NCBI GenBank assembly: GCA_038890615.1
Contig: JAWAFI010000001.1
Location: 432,843-496,842, forward strand
Length of the DNA: 64,000 bases
Direction: 5' to 3'
DNA from: Candidatus Anstonellales archaeon
Lineage (GTDB): Archaea; Micrarchaeota; Micrarchaeia; Anstonellales; J096
The translations under genes were made by a program, and so were the position numbers. Below, in pieces: positions 9,221 to 18,745 of this stretch. Numbering within the stretch: the stretch's first letter is position 1; the number at the start of each line of letters is the position of its first letter. Below the pieces are notes generated by a model. It was given only the letters and a program-made list of their open reading frames with translations. It was not told where the DNA came from and did no database searches.

Positions 9221-10884
9221 TACATCCTCTCTGGTACCTCTATGCCAAGGATTCTAGAAAGGAGAACTGCGCTTTCCCTAAAGGCCTTCACAAGCAATAG
9301 GCGTGCGCCTTCCCTTTCATCTCCTATTACCTTGCATGAGTTATAAAATCTGTTGAAGTTTGAGCAAAGCGAGAGCAGGTGCTCTGCTATGCCGTGCACT
9401 GAGTAGTGCCTAAGTGAGTCCTCAAGCACACTTTCTGTCCTCATCAGTTCAAGCGCAAGCTTCCTTTCCATTTCATCAAGACTCTTCCCTGGTTCTGCCT
9501 CTGCCCCTTTGCCTTTCTTATTTAGTATGGAGCCAGCCCTTACTGCGCTGTATTGTATATACGGGCCGCTATTGCCCTCAATGTCCAATGCCTCATCCCA
9601 TTTGAATGTTATCTCCTTTGAAGGGCTGACCTTAAGGAAAGCAAGCCTTATTGCTGCGCGTGCAACCTCTTCATGGGCTCCTTTGCTAAGCTTCCTTGCC
9701 CTTTCAACTGCCTCTGCATAAAGCTCATCTGCGCTGAAGCCTATCCAAGTGCCTTTCCTTCCTGAGAACCTCTGGCCTGGCAGCTTCACATGCTCATATG
9801 TCAAATGGAAGTATTGTGTGAACCCAAGCTGCTTCATTACCTCTTTTATGAGTGCCTGCGGCTCCTGCTGCTCCCTTCCTATCACATTTATTACAGTGCT
9901 TGCCCCTTCCCACCCATCACTGCCAAGTGAGCTTTTCTTGAGCATTGAGCCGTTTCCCTGCCTGAAAAAGTCAGTGAATCCAATCCCCTTCAAAGCGCCT
10001 ATTTTCCACAAATGGAAAGCGATGTCCTTGCCAAGGTATGTAAAGGTGCCATCACTCCTCCTAAAAACTTTCTGTAGCCCTCCTGCGATGCATACCTCTG
10101 CATCTTTATAATCTCCTTCCCCTTTTTTGAGCACGCCCTTTTCAATAAGCATTTCTCTTGCCTTTTCTATGAAAGGAAGAACATCAGTTTCAAACACACA
10201 AATGTCTTGATATACTCTAAAATTGTGCGCTGTTTCATACTGTGCCATAACGCATTTTTCTGCCATTAAGCGAGCCTCCCCCCTAAGCTCACCTGATTCC
10301 ATCCTCTTCATGACTTCGCGCACCCCTCTTTCCACTTCTTCGTTGCCCATCTTCTTAGCTATTTCTACATAGCGCCTGCCTAACCACTGGTCAAACTTCC
10401 CCTCCTCTTTTCCCTTTTCATCCAAATAAAAGTAAAGGCTCTGGGCTACTTGAAGCCCTGCATCATCTATATAGTTCAGGCGCACTACATCATAGCCAAA
10501 AGAGCTAAGCAGGTTGCTTATTGCATCACCAAGGAGCGCATTCCTCAAGTGCCCTGCATGCCATGGCTTGTTTGGATTCACAGAAGGGTATTCAACTACC
10601 ACCTTTCCTTTCCTGCGCTTAAGTTTGATGCCTTCTGCAATCCTCTCTAGCTCCTCAATAATATACTCGTCCGAAAAGTTAGCATTAATATACCCCCCCT
10701 CAACCCAAACTTCTGAGAATTCAGGGAAGCTGCGGAGAGCATCTGCAATTTCTTGTGCATTTGCAAAGAACCCTGCTTTTGTAGATATGTGCGCATTTGG
10801 CGGGAAGGAGATTGAGAACTCTGCCTTTTTCCTGTCTATTCCCTTCCCAACGCAAGCTTCTACTATTCTCTCAAATGCCTTCAT
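9220..10884 (-). CDS. argS: arginyl-tRNA synthetase
   Basis: VVVEYPSVNPNKPWHAGHLRNA, FSGRKG, GNSGPYIQY, C-terminal LGIEVPERM. Confidence 0.96.
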   Translation of the reverse strand: MKAFERIVEACVGKGIDRKKAEFSISFPPNAHISTKAGFFANAQEIADALRSFPEFSEVWVEGGYINANFSDEYIIEELERIAEGIKLKRRKGKVVVEYPSVNPNKPWHAGHLRNALLGDAISNLLSSFGYDVVRLNYIDDAGLQVAQSLYFYLDEKGKEEGKFDQWLGRRYVEIAKKMGNEEVERGVREVMKRMESGELRGEARLMAEKCVMAQYETAHNFRVYQDICVFETDVLPFIEKAREMLIEKGVLKKGEGDYKDAEVCIAGGLQKVFRRSDGTFTYLGKDIAFHLWKIGALKGIGFTDFFRQGNGSMLKKSSLGSDGWEGASTVINVIGREQQEPQALIKEVMKQLGFTQYFHLTYEHVKLPGQRFSGRKGTWIGFSADELYAEAVERARKLSKGAHEEVARAAIRLAFLKVSPSKEITFKWDEALDIEGNSGPYIQYSAVRAGSILNKKGKGAEAEPGKSLDEMERKLALELMRTESVLEDSLRHYSVHGIAEHLLSLCSNFNRFYNSCKVIGDEREGARLLLVKAFRESAVLLSRILGIEVPERM

Positions 10885-10926
10885 CACCCACAATACTATT
10901 TAAATGTTTAAAAAGATAAGTGGTTG

Positions 10927-12021
10927 ATGCTTGGGCTTGCGCTTGGTGTGCTTATAGGCGCGCTTTCTGCACTGCTGCTTTTGCATCCTAACACAGTAGT
11001 CCCTCTTATACATGAGTTCGCCTCCCCTTCAGCAATAGCAGCAGCTTCGCTCTGCTTCTCTTTTGTTGCCTCAACCTTCCTAGGCATGCCTGATTCGCAA
11101 TCAAACATCTCAATGCTCCCTTCCCATAAGCTTGTTTCAGGGGGCCATGGAAACAAGGCCCTGAAAACCGTTGCGCTATCTTCGCTTATTGCAGCGATTG
11201 CTGTTGCAGCAGCAAGCCCGCTTCTCCTTCCATTCTATGAGATGTTCTACAAAGCCATGGTGCCTTACCTTTTCCCAGCAGTGCTCCTGCTCACGCTTTT
11301 GCTTTTTGCAAAATTGGAAAAACTTATTCCCAATGCAATCGCATTTGCAATTTCAGGGATCTTTGGGGCGCTAGTGCTCAATGCAGGGCTTAGCGAGCCT
11401 CTAATGCCCTTGTTCACAGGCCTTTTTGCAGTTCCCTCATTGCTATTTGCATCCAAGCATTTCCCAAAGCAAAGGAGGGAGGGAGCAGAATTCCTACCTG
11501 CTTATATAATAGTAGGTGCCTTACTTGGGGCCGTTGCAGTCGTGCTGCCTGCATTCAACAGCCCGTCATTGATAACAGCTCTTGCTTCTGCTGCAATAAG
11601 TGTCTCAACAATTGAGTTCCTTGCTCTTTCTTCTTCTGTTTCATCAGCAACACTTTTTGCTTCCATACTTATGCACTCTGCAACAGGAAAGGCAAGGCAG
11701 GGTTTCCTTGCCTATGAAACACCTTGCCCTGAAAACCTTATTTATGCACTTGCATCATTTGCTGCCTGCTCTGCTGTGCTATACTTGATTTCTGAACGCG
11801 CAGGAAGGTTCTTCAGCGCACTCAATATGGAAAAACTAAGGCCTTTCATCTTATTTTACTTGATCGTTGTTTGCTATGCCCTTTCTGGATTAGGAGGGGT
11901 TTTAGCAATGTCAGGAGCAGCAGCAATAGGCTCATTTTGCCTTAAATTAGGAGCTGAGAGGAGGTTCCTTATGGGAAGCCTCCTTGTGCCTACTCTTATG
12001 CTCCTAGCATGCTTGCAATGA
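10927..12021 (+). CDS. TctA-like (tripartite tricarboxylate transporter permease family) membrane protein
   Basis: Multi-TM; LHPNT and STFLGMPD..SMLPSHKLV..GHG motifs of the archaeal TctA-like family. Confidence 0.7.
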   Translation: MLGLALGVLIGALSALLLLHPNTVVPLIHEFASPSAIAAASLCFSFVASTFLGMPDSQSNISMLPSHKLVSGGHGNKALKTVALSSLIAAIAVAAASPLLLPFYEMFYKAMVPYLFPAVLLLTLLLFAKLEKLIPNAIAFAISGIFGALVLNAGLSEPLMPLFTGLFAVPSLLFASKHFPKQRREGAEFLPAYIIVGALLGAVAVVLPAFNSPSLITALASAAISVSTIEFLALSSSVSSATLFASILMHSATGKARQGFLAYETPCPENLIYALASFAACSAVLYLISERAGRFFSALNMEKLRPFILFYLIVVCYALSGLGGVLAMSGAAAIGSFCLKLGAERRFLMGSLLVPTLMLLACLQ

Positions 12022-12026
12022 TGGCT

Positions 12027-12335
12027 TCATCCAAAAAGCCCTGCAAGCCCCTGGGCTGCCTCTTCCTCTGTCTTTTTCTCCTCTTTCTTTTCCTCCTTCT
12101 TCTCTGCTGGGGCAGCCCCTGCTGCTGAAGGCGCTGCTGCAACTGGCGAAACTACGCTCTCCTTCAGTGCTTCTTCTATGTTTACCCCTTTTAATGCTTC
12201 AGTAAGCACCTTTATGCGCGCTTCATCAGGCGCAATCCCTGCTGCCTTAACTACTCCTGCAACGCTCTCGCCGTTCACTTCCTTTCCTGCTCCGTAAAGA
12301 AGGAGCACTGCATGCAGATATGGATCTACTTTCAT
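12027..12335 (-). CDS. rpl12: ribosomal stalk protein aP1 (L12)
   Basis: Ala hinge and C-terminal EEEAAQGLAGLFG. Confidence 0.95.
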   Translation of the reverse strand: MKVDPYLHAVLLLYGAGKEVNGESVAGVVKAAGIAPDEARIKVLTEALKGVNIEEALKESVVSPVAAAPSAAGAAPAEKKEEKKEEKKTEEEAAQGLAGLFG

Positions 12336-13150
12336 TTTACCAACCTCTTCAAAGATTCTTCGTATGCACTTCCAAGTGCGAGTTTAAGCTTTATTGAACC
12401 TTCATTATAGTAATCAATCTTGGCAGAGATCGCCTTTTCATATCCCCCTGCCTTGGCTATTGCATACCTTATGGTAGCGTCTGTGTAATAGCAGGTTGCT
12501 GCAGAAAGGCTGTTGCCCATTTGCTGGGAAGCAATTATGCCTGCCATGAGGTCCTCCTTGCTTAATGAAAGCGTATCTCCTGTGAAAAGCGTGCTTCCAT
12601 CAAATCCATACAGCACCTTTATTCTCATGTAGAAAGGCATTACGTTGAGCTTCTGGAGAGCCTTTGCCACTGCTTCTTTTATTACCTCTCCTTTCCTTGC
12701 TATTACTGCTGGCTTTGCTATGACTATCTTGCCTCCCTGCACCCTTGCATCAAGCCCTGCAACCTTCAGCTCTGAAAGCACAGGGCCAGGAGGAAGAGAA
12801 GTTTCGCCATCTGCTACCTCTATGTCTGATTCAGCTATTTCCCTTGGCCTTGCATACCTTTTCTCTTTTATGTCAGCAATCTCCCAATAGATATCGTAAG
12901 GGCTCTTGTTAGTTAGTATCACAGCGAATGGCTCTTTAATGTCTGCCTTGACGCCAAGTCGCTCAAGAAGCTTTAACAGCACTACTTTCTTTCCTGCGCA
13001 TACCTTTCCTATTTTGCTGAGCTTTTCCCTCATCTTCTTCTGTAGCTTGCCCTTTGTCTTGTAAAGCGAAACAACAGCCAAATTCTTGTAATTCTGCGCT
13101 TCCTTAATAAGCTCTTCAATCCTCTGCTTCTTGATTTCCTTTGCCTTCAT
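12332..13150 (-). CDS. rpl10: ribosomal protein uL10 (aP0), lacking the acidic C-terminal tail
   Basis: GETSLPPGPVLSELK, VAKALQKLNVMP; lies between rpl1 and rpl12. Confidence 0.9.
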   Translation of the reverse strand: MKAKEIKKQRIEELIKEAQNYKNLAVVSLYKTKGKLQKKMREKLSKIGKVCAGKKVVLLKLLERLGVKADIKEPFAVILTNKSPYDIYWEIADIKEKRYARPREIAESDIEVADGETSLPPGPVLSELKVAGLDARVQGGKIVIAKPAVIARKGEVIKEAVAKALQKLNVMPFYMRIKVLYGFDGSTLFTGDTLSLSKEDLMAGIIASQQMGNSLSAATCYYTDATIRYAIAKAGGYEKAISAKIDYYNEGSIKLKLALGSAYEESLKRLVK

Positions 13151-13770
13151 ACCCTCACCGCCTTGCTCATTGTGAATTTCACGTATAATTTTGAGATGGC
13201 CTGTGCACCTACAGCTTTCTTTAGCTCTTCATACACGGCCATTGCATTCTCTGCAAGCTCTTCATTGCTCATGTCCTCTGTGCCTATGAATGCATGAAGC
13301 ACTGGTAGGTTCTTTCCCTTGGTTGCAACCCTTACTTCGTTCCTTGCCTTTTCAATGCTTTCCTTCAGCTTGCCTAGCACTGGCTTTGGCATCTTGTTCC
13401 TTGGCCCTAAGAACTTTCCTATCTTCTTTGCAACCTCGCCCATAAGCTGTGGCTGCGCAAGCAGAGTGTAATCCCTTATGAGCTCTTTAAGGGCCTTGCT
13501 GTCTGAAGAGAGAGCATCTAAGTCTTCTTTCCTTATAAGCTTGTCAGCCCCTGCCTTCTCTGCCTCCCTGACAAAATTCTCATCTCCTATTACCCCAACC
13601 TTCCACTTCTTTGCCCCCCTTCCATTTGGGAGTGATATAGTTGCATTTACCCTATTCTCTGGCTTTGAGAAATCAACTCCTTTGAAGTTTATAACAAGCT
13701 CAACGCTCTGCCTGAATTTCCTTTTTCCTCGTTCAATCTGCTCAAGCGCTTTTACTATTTTGTCTTTCAT
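13147..13770 (-). CDS. rpl1: ribosomal protein uL1
   Basis: RKFRQSVELVINFK, GKFLGPRNKMPKP, YVKFTM; GGAGG SD before the ATG at 13770. Confidence 0.95.
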   Translation of the reverse strand: MKDKIVKALEQIERGKRKFRQSVELVINFKGVDFSKPENRVNATISLPNGRGAKKWKVGVIGDENFVREAEKAGADKLIRKEDLDALSSDSKALKELIRDYTLLAQPQLMGEVAKKIGKFLGPRNKMPKPVLGKLKESIEKARNEVRVATKGKNLPVLHAFIGTEDMSNEELAENAMAVYEELKKAVGAQAISKLYVKFTMSKAVRV

Positions 13771-13774
13771 AAAG

Positions 13775-13804
13775 ACCCTCCTGCTACCAGCAGTTGATGC
13801 GGGT
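13775..13804 (-). promoter_or_regulatory. candidate uL1 autoregulatory binding hairpin in the rpl1 5' leader
   Basis: Minus strand ACCC-GCATCAA-CTGCT-GGT-AGCAG-GA-GGGT: two helices around an asymmetric GA / GC..AA internal loop, covering the SD. Confidence 0.55.
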
Positions 13805-13878
13805 ATTGCTATAAGAGGGAGGCATACCTTTATAAGCATTCCCTTTCCTTTAAGATTAACTTATTTTAAGGTGACTAA

Positions 13879-14502
13879 ATGGCAGAGAAAAAGTTGAAGA
13901 CCGGCACAACCACCGTTGCAATCTCATGCAAAGACGGAGTAGTTCTAGCTTCTGACAGAAGGGCCACTATGGGATACTATATAGCAAGCAAGGACATAGA
14001 CAAGATCTTCCCCCTCGGGAACACAATGGCGATGACAGTAGCAGGCGTGGTAGGGGATGCCCAGCTGTTGGTTAGGTGGATGCAGGGGGAAGTTAAAGCA
14101 TATGCTCTTGAGCATGAAAAGGGGATGACTACAAAGGCAGCAGTGACGCTTCTTTCAAATGTCCTTTCCCGCTACAAGTTTTACCCTTACTTTGTGCAGC
14201 TTATACTCGCTGGCTACACTGAGAAAAACCCTGAGATATACTCAATAGACATGTCTGGGGGCATAACAAAGGAGAAGTATACTGCAACCGGCAGCGGCTC
14301 AACAATAGCAATAGCAATACTTGAGGAGCATTACAAAGAGGGCTTGACTGTAAAGGAAGCAAAGCCTATTGCTGCCAAGGCAGTTCTTTCAGCGATAAAA
14401 AGGGATGCAGGCAGCGGCGAGAATGTGGACCTTATTTATATAGACAAAGATGGTTTTCACAGGGTAGATAGGGAAGAAGTAAAGAAGCTTCTTGCGGAGT
14501 AA
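13879..14502 (+). CDS. psmB: proteasome beta subunit
   Basis: Propeptide then KTG/TTTVA, DRRATMG, ATGSGS, RDAGSG. Confidence 0.96.
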   Translation: MAEKKLKTGTTTVAISCKDGVVLASDRRATMGYYIASKDIDKIFPLGNTMAMTVAGVVGDAQLLVRWMQGEVKAYALEHEKGMTTKAAVTLLSNVLSRYKFYPYFVQLILAGYTEKNPEIYSIDMSGGITKEKYTATGSGSTIAIAILEEHYKEGLTVKEAKPIAAKAVLSAIKRDAGSGENVDLIYIDKDGFHRVDREEVKKLLAE

Positions 14503-14510
14503 GGACTTAA

Positions 14511-16397
14511 ATGACAGAAATAGAGGCGACAATAAAATCACTCCTAAAGGGGTGCAAGGTTGAGAGGATCGATTACGAAGGGGTAGGCATAGGGGTATAT
14601 GTTAAAGACATATGCAAATTCTATGACGACCCAACAATAATCAAGAGCATAGCATCTTCATTGAAGAAGAAGGTTAGCATAAAGGTCTCCCCTGAATACC
14701 TGATGCCAAAGGAGGAAGCAAAGAAGAAAATAAAGTCAATAGTGCCAGAGGAAGCAGGAATAACAGAGATACTGTTCCTTGAGCCCCTTTCAGAAGTGAA
14801 GATAATAGCAATGAAGCCAGGCTTAGTGATAGGCAAAGGAGGCTCATTGCTAAGAGAGATATTGATGCAGACAGGGTGGAGCCCAAGCGTTCTCAGGGAG
14901 CCAACCCTCCCTTCAAGCACAATCAATTCGTTGAGGAAGGCAGAGGTGGCTGAAGCAGATGAAAGAAAGAGGTTCCTGCTCAACATAGGCAAGAGCATAA
15001 ACAGGGTCGCAAAGCCAAACGATTACCTAAGGATAATTACCCTGGGTGCATTCAGGGAGGTTGGAAGGTCGTGCATAGTTGTGGAGACAAACAACAGCAG
15101 GGTAATGGTTGACTGCGGCGTAAGCCCGTCTGAGCTTGAAGAGCCGCAGAAGTCCTATCCTTATTTGAACAAGATGGGCTTTGGCCTTGATGATTTGGAT
15201 GCAGTGGTAATCTCACATGGGCATATGGACCACATGGGGTTCCTCCCATACCTGCTTGAGCTTGACTATGCAGGCCCTATTTACATGACACCCCCAACAA
15301 AGGACTTGGCTGCACTTCTCCAGCCAGATTACATTAATGTAGTAAAGTCAAACGGGTTTGAGCCGCCTTACAGCAAGAAGGCGATCCAGAAGGAGCTCAA
15401 GCAGACGATCACAGTTGACTATAATGCAGTGGTTGACATAACCCCTGACATAAAGCTTACTTTCTACAATGCAGGCCACATAATAGGGAGCGCAATGGTG
15501 CACCTCCACATAGGGGGCGGAGTCCACAATATGGTCTACTCAGGGGACATAAAGTTCGGCCCGACCCAGCTCTTTGACCCTGCTGTAACGCAGTTCCCAA
15601 GGGCTGAAACATTCTTCATAGAGTCCACATATGGCGGCAAGGATGACATACTTCCTGGAAGGAAAGAGCGCGAGGAAGGGCTTATAGCGGTCATAAAGAA
15701 GACAATTGAAAGGAAGGGCAAGGTCCTTATACCTGTTTTCGCAGTTGGAAGGGCGCAGGAGATAATGCTAGTGCTTGAGGATTATGCCTCTAACAACCCT
15801 GATTTCAATGTGCCCATATTCATAGATGGCATGGTGCTTGAGGCATCTGCCATACACACTGCCTACCCTGATTACCTTAAGGGCAGCCTAAAGAAAAGGA
15901 TACTTGGAGGGAGCAGCCCCTTTGAATACCAAGGCATAAAGGTTGCAAATGGAAAGAGCAGGGAGGAGATCGTAGAGGGCGAGCCAGCAATCATCCTTGC
16001 GCCTTCTGGCATGCTTAGCGGAGGGCCTAGCGTGGAATACTTAAAGATGATGGCAGAGGACAAGCGCAACACCCTGATATTCGTTGGCTACCAGAGCAGG
16101 GGCTCTCTGGGGAGCAAGATACAGCAGGGGGAAAGGAAGATAATGCTTATGGGCGCTGATGGGAGGACAAAGGAATTGGCAATAAACATGGAAGTAGTAA
16201 CCGTTGAGGGCTTCTCAGGCCACAGCGACATAAGGCAGCTTATCGCTTTCCTTAGGAGCATAAGGCCAACCCCTTCAACCATATACACAATGCATGGCGA
16301 AGAGAGCAAGACAGTGGATTTTGCCAGGACAATAAGCAGGGTAATTGGCAGGAACGCCTCGTCGCCTTACAATATGGAGATAAGAAGGCTAAGGTAA
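14511..16397 (+). CDS. fttA: beta-CASP ribonuclease aCPSF1 / termination factor FttA
   Basis: KH domains (KPGLVIGKGG), EVGRSC, SHGHMDH, GFSGHSD; conserved psmB-aCPSF1 order. Confidence 0.95.
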   Translation: MTEIEATIKSLLKGCKVERIDYEGVGIGVYVKDICKFYDDPTIIKSIASSLKKKVSIKVSPEYLMPKEEAKKKIKSIVPEEAGITEILFLEPLSEVKIIAMKPGLVIGKGGSLLREILMQTGWSPSVLREPTLPSSTINSLRKAEVAEADERKRFLLNIGKSINRVAKPNDYLRIITLGAFREVGRSCIVVETNNSRVMVDCGVSPSELEEPQKSYPYLNKMGFGLDDLDAVVISHGHMDHMGFLPYLLELDYAGPIYMTPPTKDLAALLQPDYINVVKSNGFEPPYSKKAIQKELKQTITVDYNAVVDITPDIKLTFYNAGHIIGSAMVHLHIGGGVHNMVYSGDIKFGPTQLFDPAVTQFPRAETFFIESTYGGKDDILPGRKEREEGLIAVIKKTIERKGKVLIPVFAVGRAQEIMLVLEDYASNNPDFNVPIFIDGMVLEASAIHTAYPDYLKGSLKKRILGGSSPFEYQGIKVANGKSREEIVEGEPAIILAPSGMLSGGPSVEYLKMMAEDKRNTLIFVGYQSRGSLGSKIQQGERKIMLMGADGRTKELAINMEVVTVEGFSGHSDIRQLIAFLRSIRPTPSTIYTMHGEESKTVDFARTISRVIGRNASSPYNMEIRRLR

Positions 16398-16451
16398 GGG
16401 AATAAGGAAAGTATTTAAATCCTTCTGTTAATATAGCGTATAGGTGAGGCG

Positions 16452-16817
16452 ATGGGAATCCTCGATGCGATACTAGGAAAAGGAAAAGATGAAGACAACC
16501 TTGAGCTAGATGAGTACCTTGAAGGAGAAGGAGACATTGTAACCCCCCCTGCAAAGTATTACATTAAGAAGGTCGATATCAGGAATGAAGGAGATGCAGA
16601 TATCATATCCAAGGAGATTGAGCAGGGCAATGTAGTGATAATAAACATTGAGCCGCTTTCAAAGCAGCCGAACAAGCTGAAGAAAATCATAGACAAGCTC
16701 AAGACATTTTCCCTGAAGATAGATGGGGACATAGCAAAGCTTACTGAGATGCTGGTCATAATTGTGCCAGCAAGGGTGAAGATAGTAAAGTCCAAGAAGC
16801 CCCCGCAGAGATCCTAA
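16452..16817 (+). CDS. sepF: cell division protein SepF
   Basis: N-terminal amphipathic MGILDAILGK, GNVVIINI, IDGDIAKL..VIIVPARVKI; SD GGTGAGG. Confidence 0.88.
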   Translation: MGILDAILGKGKDEDNLELDEYLEGEGDIVTPPAKYYIKKVDIRNEGDADIISKEIEQGNVVIINIEPLSKQPNKLKKIIDKLKTFSLKIDGDIAKLTEMLVIIVPARVKIVKSKKPPQRS

Positions 16818-17842
16818 AGGCTCGCCATAACCTTTTTCACTAACTTAATTGTTTCTTCAACATCCCCTTTATCTGCAAGAGCAACAACGCTGTGTATGTA
16901 GCGTGTGGGGACGCATATGGCAATTGCTTCTACCCCGGCCCTTACATTGTGGGCATTTGCAGCATCTGTCATTCCTCCTTCTATTGCTTCTATCTGATAT
17001 TTTATCTTTGCCTTCTTGGCTATCTCTATTATGCGCTTGGTCATACGCTGGGTTGCATAGTTGCCTCTTCCTCCTGCTTCAACAAGCACCAAGCTAGGTC
17101 CTTTTCCCAAATATATTGGCGCCTCTGCTATGTCAACCTCTGCATGGTCCCCTGCTATTGTTGTGTCAACAGCAATAAAAGCCCTTGGCATGTATGCATA
17201 GGTTGCGACCTTGGCGCCCTTGCCCAAAGTTGAAACCTCTTCCTGCGCTGTCCCTATGAGCATCACATTTTCAGGGAGCCCTTTTGCAAGCTCAATCAAA
17301 ACATAACACCCTATCCTGTCATCAAGAGCCTTTCCTGTAAACCTGCTCTTTGTCAGCATGTCAAAAGATGCATCAAAGGATATTGGCTGCCCAACCTCAA
17401 CTCCCATCTTCTTTGCCTCTTTCTGGCTTTTTGCCCCTATGTCTATGAAAAGCCTTTCCACCTCAAGCACCTTCTTCATCTCCTCCTCCTTCATTATATG
17501 GGGCGGCTTTGCTGCAATAACCCCCTTCACAAAGCCTTTCTCTGTCTTTATCTTTACTTTTTGGTTCAGGAGCATCCTTGGGTCTATGCCGCCCAGCCTA
17601 ATAAACCTGATAAAACCCTTTTCATCAACATGCTTGACCATCATTCCTATCTCGTCCATATGTGCTGCAATTATGAGCGGGTTCTTTGTGATTTTTTTGT
17701 AAGCAATGACATTGCCAAAGAGGTCCCTCTCAACCTTAAGCCCGCTTTTCTTGAACTCCCTTTCCATTACTTTTGCTATCTCATCCTCATGCCCAACAAC
17801 TCCAAAAGCCTCTGAAAGCTCCTTCATGAGATTTTCGTTCAT
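16814..17842 (-). CDS. M42-family (TET) aminopeptidase
   Basis: AAHMDEIG, GKALDDRIG, QEEV, GGMTDA, PTRYIHS. Confidence 0.93.
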   Translation of the reverse strand: MNENLMKELSEAFGVVGHEDEIAKVMEREFKKSGLKVERDLFGNVIAYKKITKNPLIIAAHMDEIGMMVKHVDEKGFIRFIRLGGIDPRMLLNQKVKIKTEKGFVKGVIAAKPPHIMKEEEMKKVLEVERLFIDIGAKSQKEAKKMGVEVGQPISFDASFDMLTKSRFTGKALDDRIGCYVLIELAKGLPENVMLIGTAQEEVSTLGKGAKVATYAYMPRAFIAVDTTIAGDHAEVDIAEAPIYLGKGPSLVLVEAGGRGNYATQRMTKRIIEIAKKAKIKYQIEAIEGGMTDAANAHNVRAGVEAIAICVPTRYIHSVVALADKGDVEETIKLVKKVMASL

Positions 17843-17856
17843 GCTTTAGTTTAGCA

Positions 17857-17870
17857 TTTTATTTTTAAAT
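17857..17870. promoter_or_regulatory. shared AT-rich TATA region of divergent M42 peptidase / rnz genes
   Basis: TTTTATTTTTAAAT centred in a 42-bp gap between two divergent ATGs. Confidence 0.55.
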
Positions 17871-17884
17871 GCAGCGCATATCTT

Positions 17885-18745
17885 ATGGAGCTGACTTTCT
17901 TGGGCACAAGCGGCACTGCGCCTACACTTGAAAGAGGCATGCCCAGCATCGCTGTGCATTTCAATGATTTCTTCCTGCTTGACGCAGGGGAGGGCACGCA
18001 GAGGCAGATGATGAGGTACAAGGTGCCTTATGGAAGGATAGCTGCTGTTTACATAACCCATTCCCACCTTGACCACTACCTAGGCCTATTTGGCCTCCTT
18101 GAGACCCTAAAACTCAACAAGAGAGAGCAGAAGCTAAAGGTTTTTGCGCCTTTCCCGCTTCCAATAACCAACTATAGCTTTGTTGAATTCACTGAAATTG
18201 AAAAGGAAGGGAGAGTTTATGAAGGGGAGAGCTACGAGGTTTTTGCATACAGGGTTGAGCATTCGCAGGATTCGTATGGATTCATAATAAAAGAGAAAGA
18301 CAAGAGGAGGTTCTATGCAGACAAGGCGCACGAGGCAGGGCTGAAAGGCGCTGACTTCAAGAAAATAGAGGAAAAAGGAAGCATAGCCATAAAGGGGAGG
18401 AAGGTATACTTGGAAGACATCACTTATACGCAGAAAGGGAGGAAGGTTGTTTATGCAGGAGACAGCGTTCCTTCAAAGAGGACAGTTTCTGTTGCCAAGG
18501 ATGCAGAACTTTTGATACATGAAGCCACATATGCAAGCGATAGGGAGGAGGAGGCTCGCGAAAGGAGGCACAGCACTGCAAAGGATGCAGCAATGGTTGC
18601 AAAGGAGGCAGGCGCAAAGCAGCTTATATTGACCCACTTCAGCTCAAGGTATGAGGACGAGAAGGAGCTGGAGAAAGAAGCAAAGAAAGTATTCAAGAAT
18701 GCCACTGCTGCTCATGATGGCATGAAGGTAAAGGTGAAAAGATGA
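17885..18745 (+). CDS. rnz: ribonuclease Z
   Basis: TFLGTSG..PT.ERG, DAGEGTQRQ, THSHLDH, HEATY, HST, LTHFSSRY. Confidence 0.96.
   Translation: MELTFLGTSGTAPTLERGMPSIAVHFNDFFLLDAGEGTQRQMMRYKVPYGRIAAVYITHSHLDHYLGLFGLLETLKLNKREQKLKVFAPFPLPITNYSFVEFTEIEKEGRVYEGESYEVFAYRVEHSQDSYGFIIKEKDKRRFYADKAHEAGLKGADFKKIEEKGSIAIKGRKVYLEDITYTQKGRKVVYAGDSVPSKRTVSVAKDAELLIHEATYASDREEEARERRHSTAKDAAMVAKEAGAKQLILTHFSSRYEDEKELEKEAKKVFKNATAAHDGMKVKVKR

Noticed and set aside
13771..13839. Longer rpl1 start at 13839
   Set aside because: It spans the TATA box and leader; the SD and homology support the ATG at 13770.
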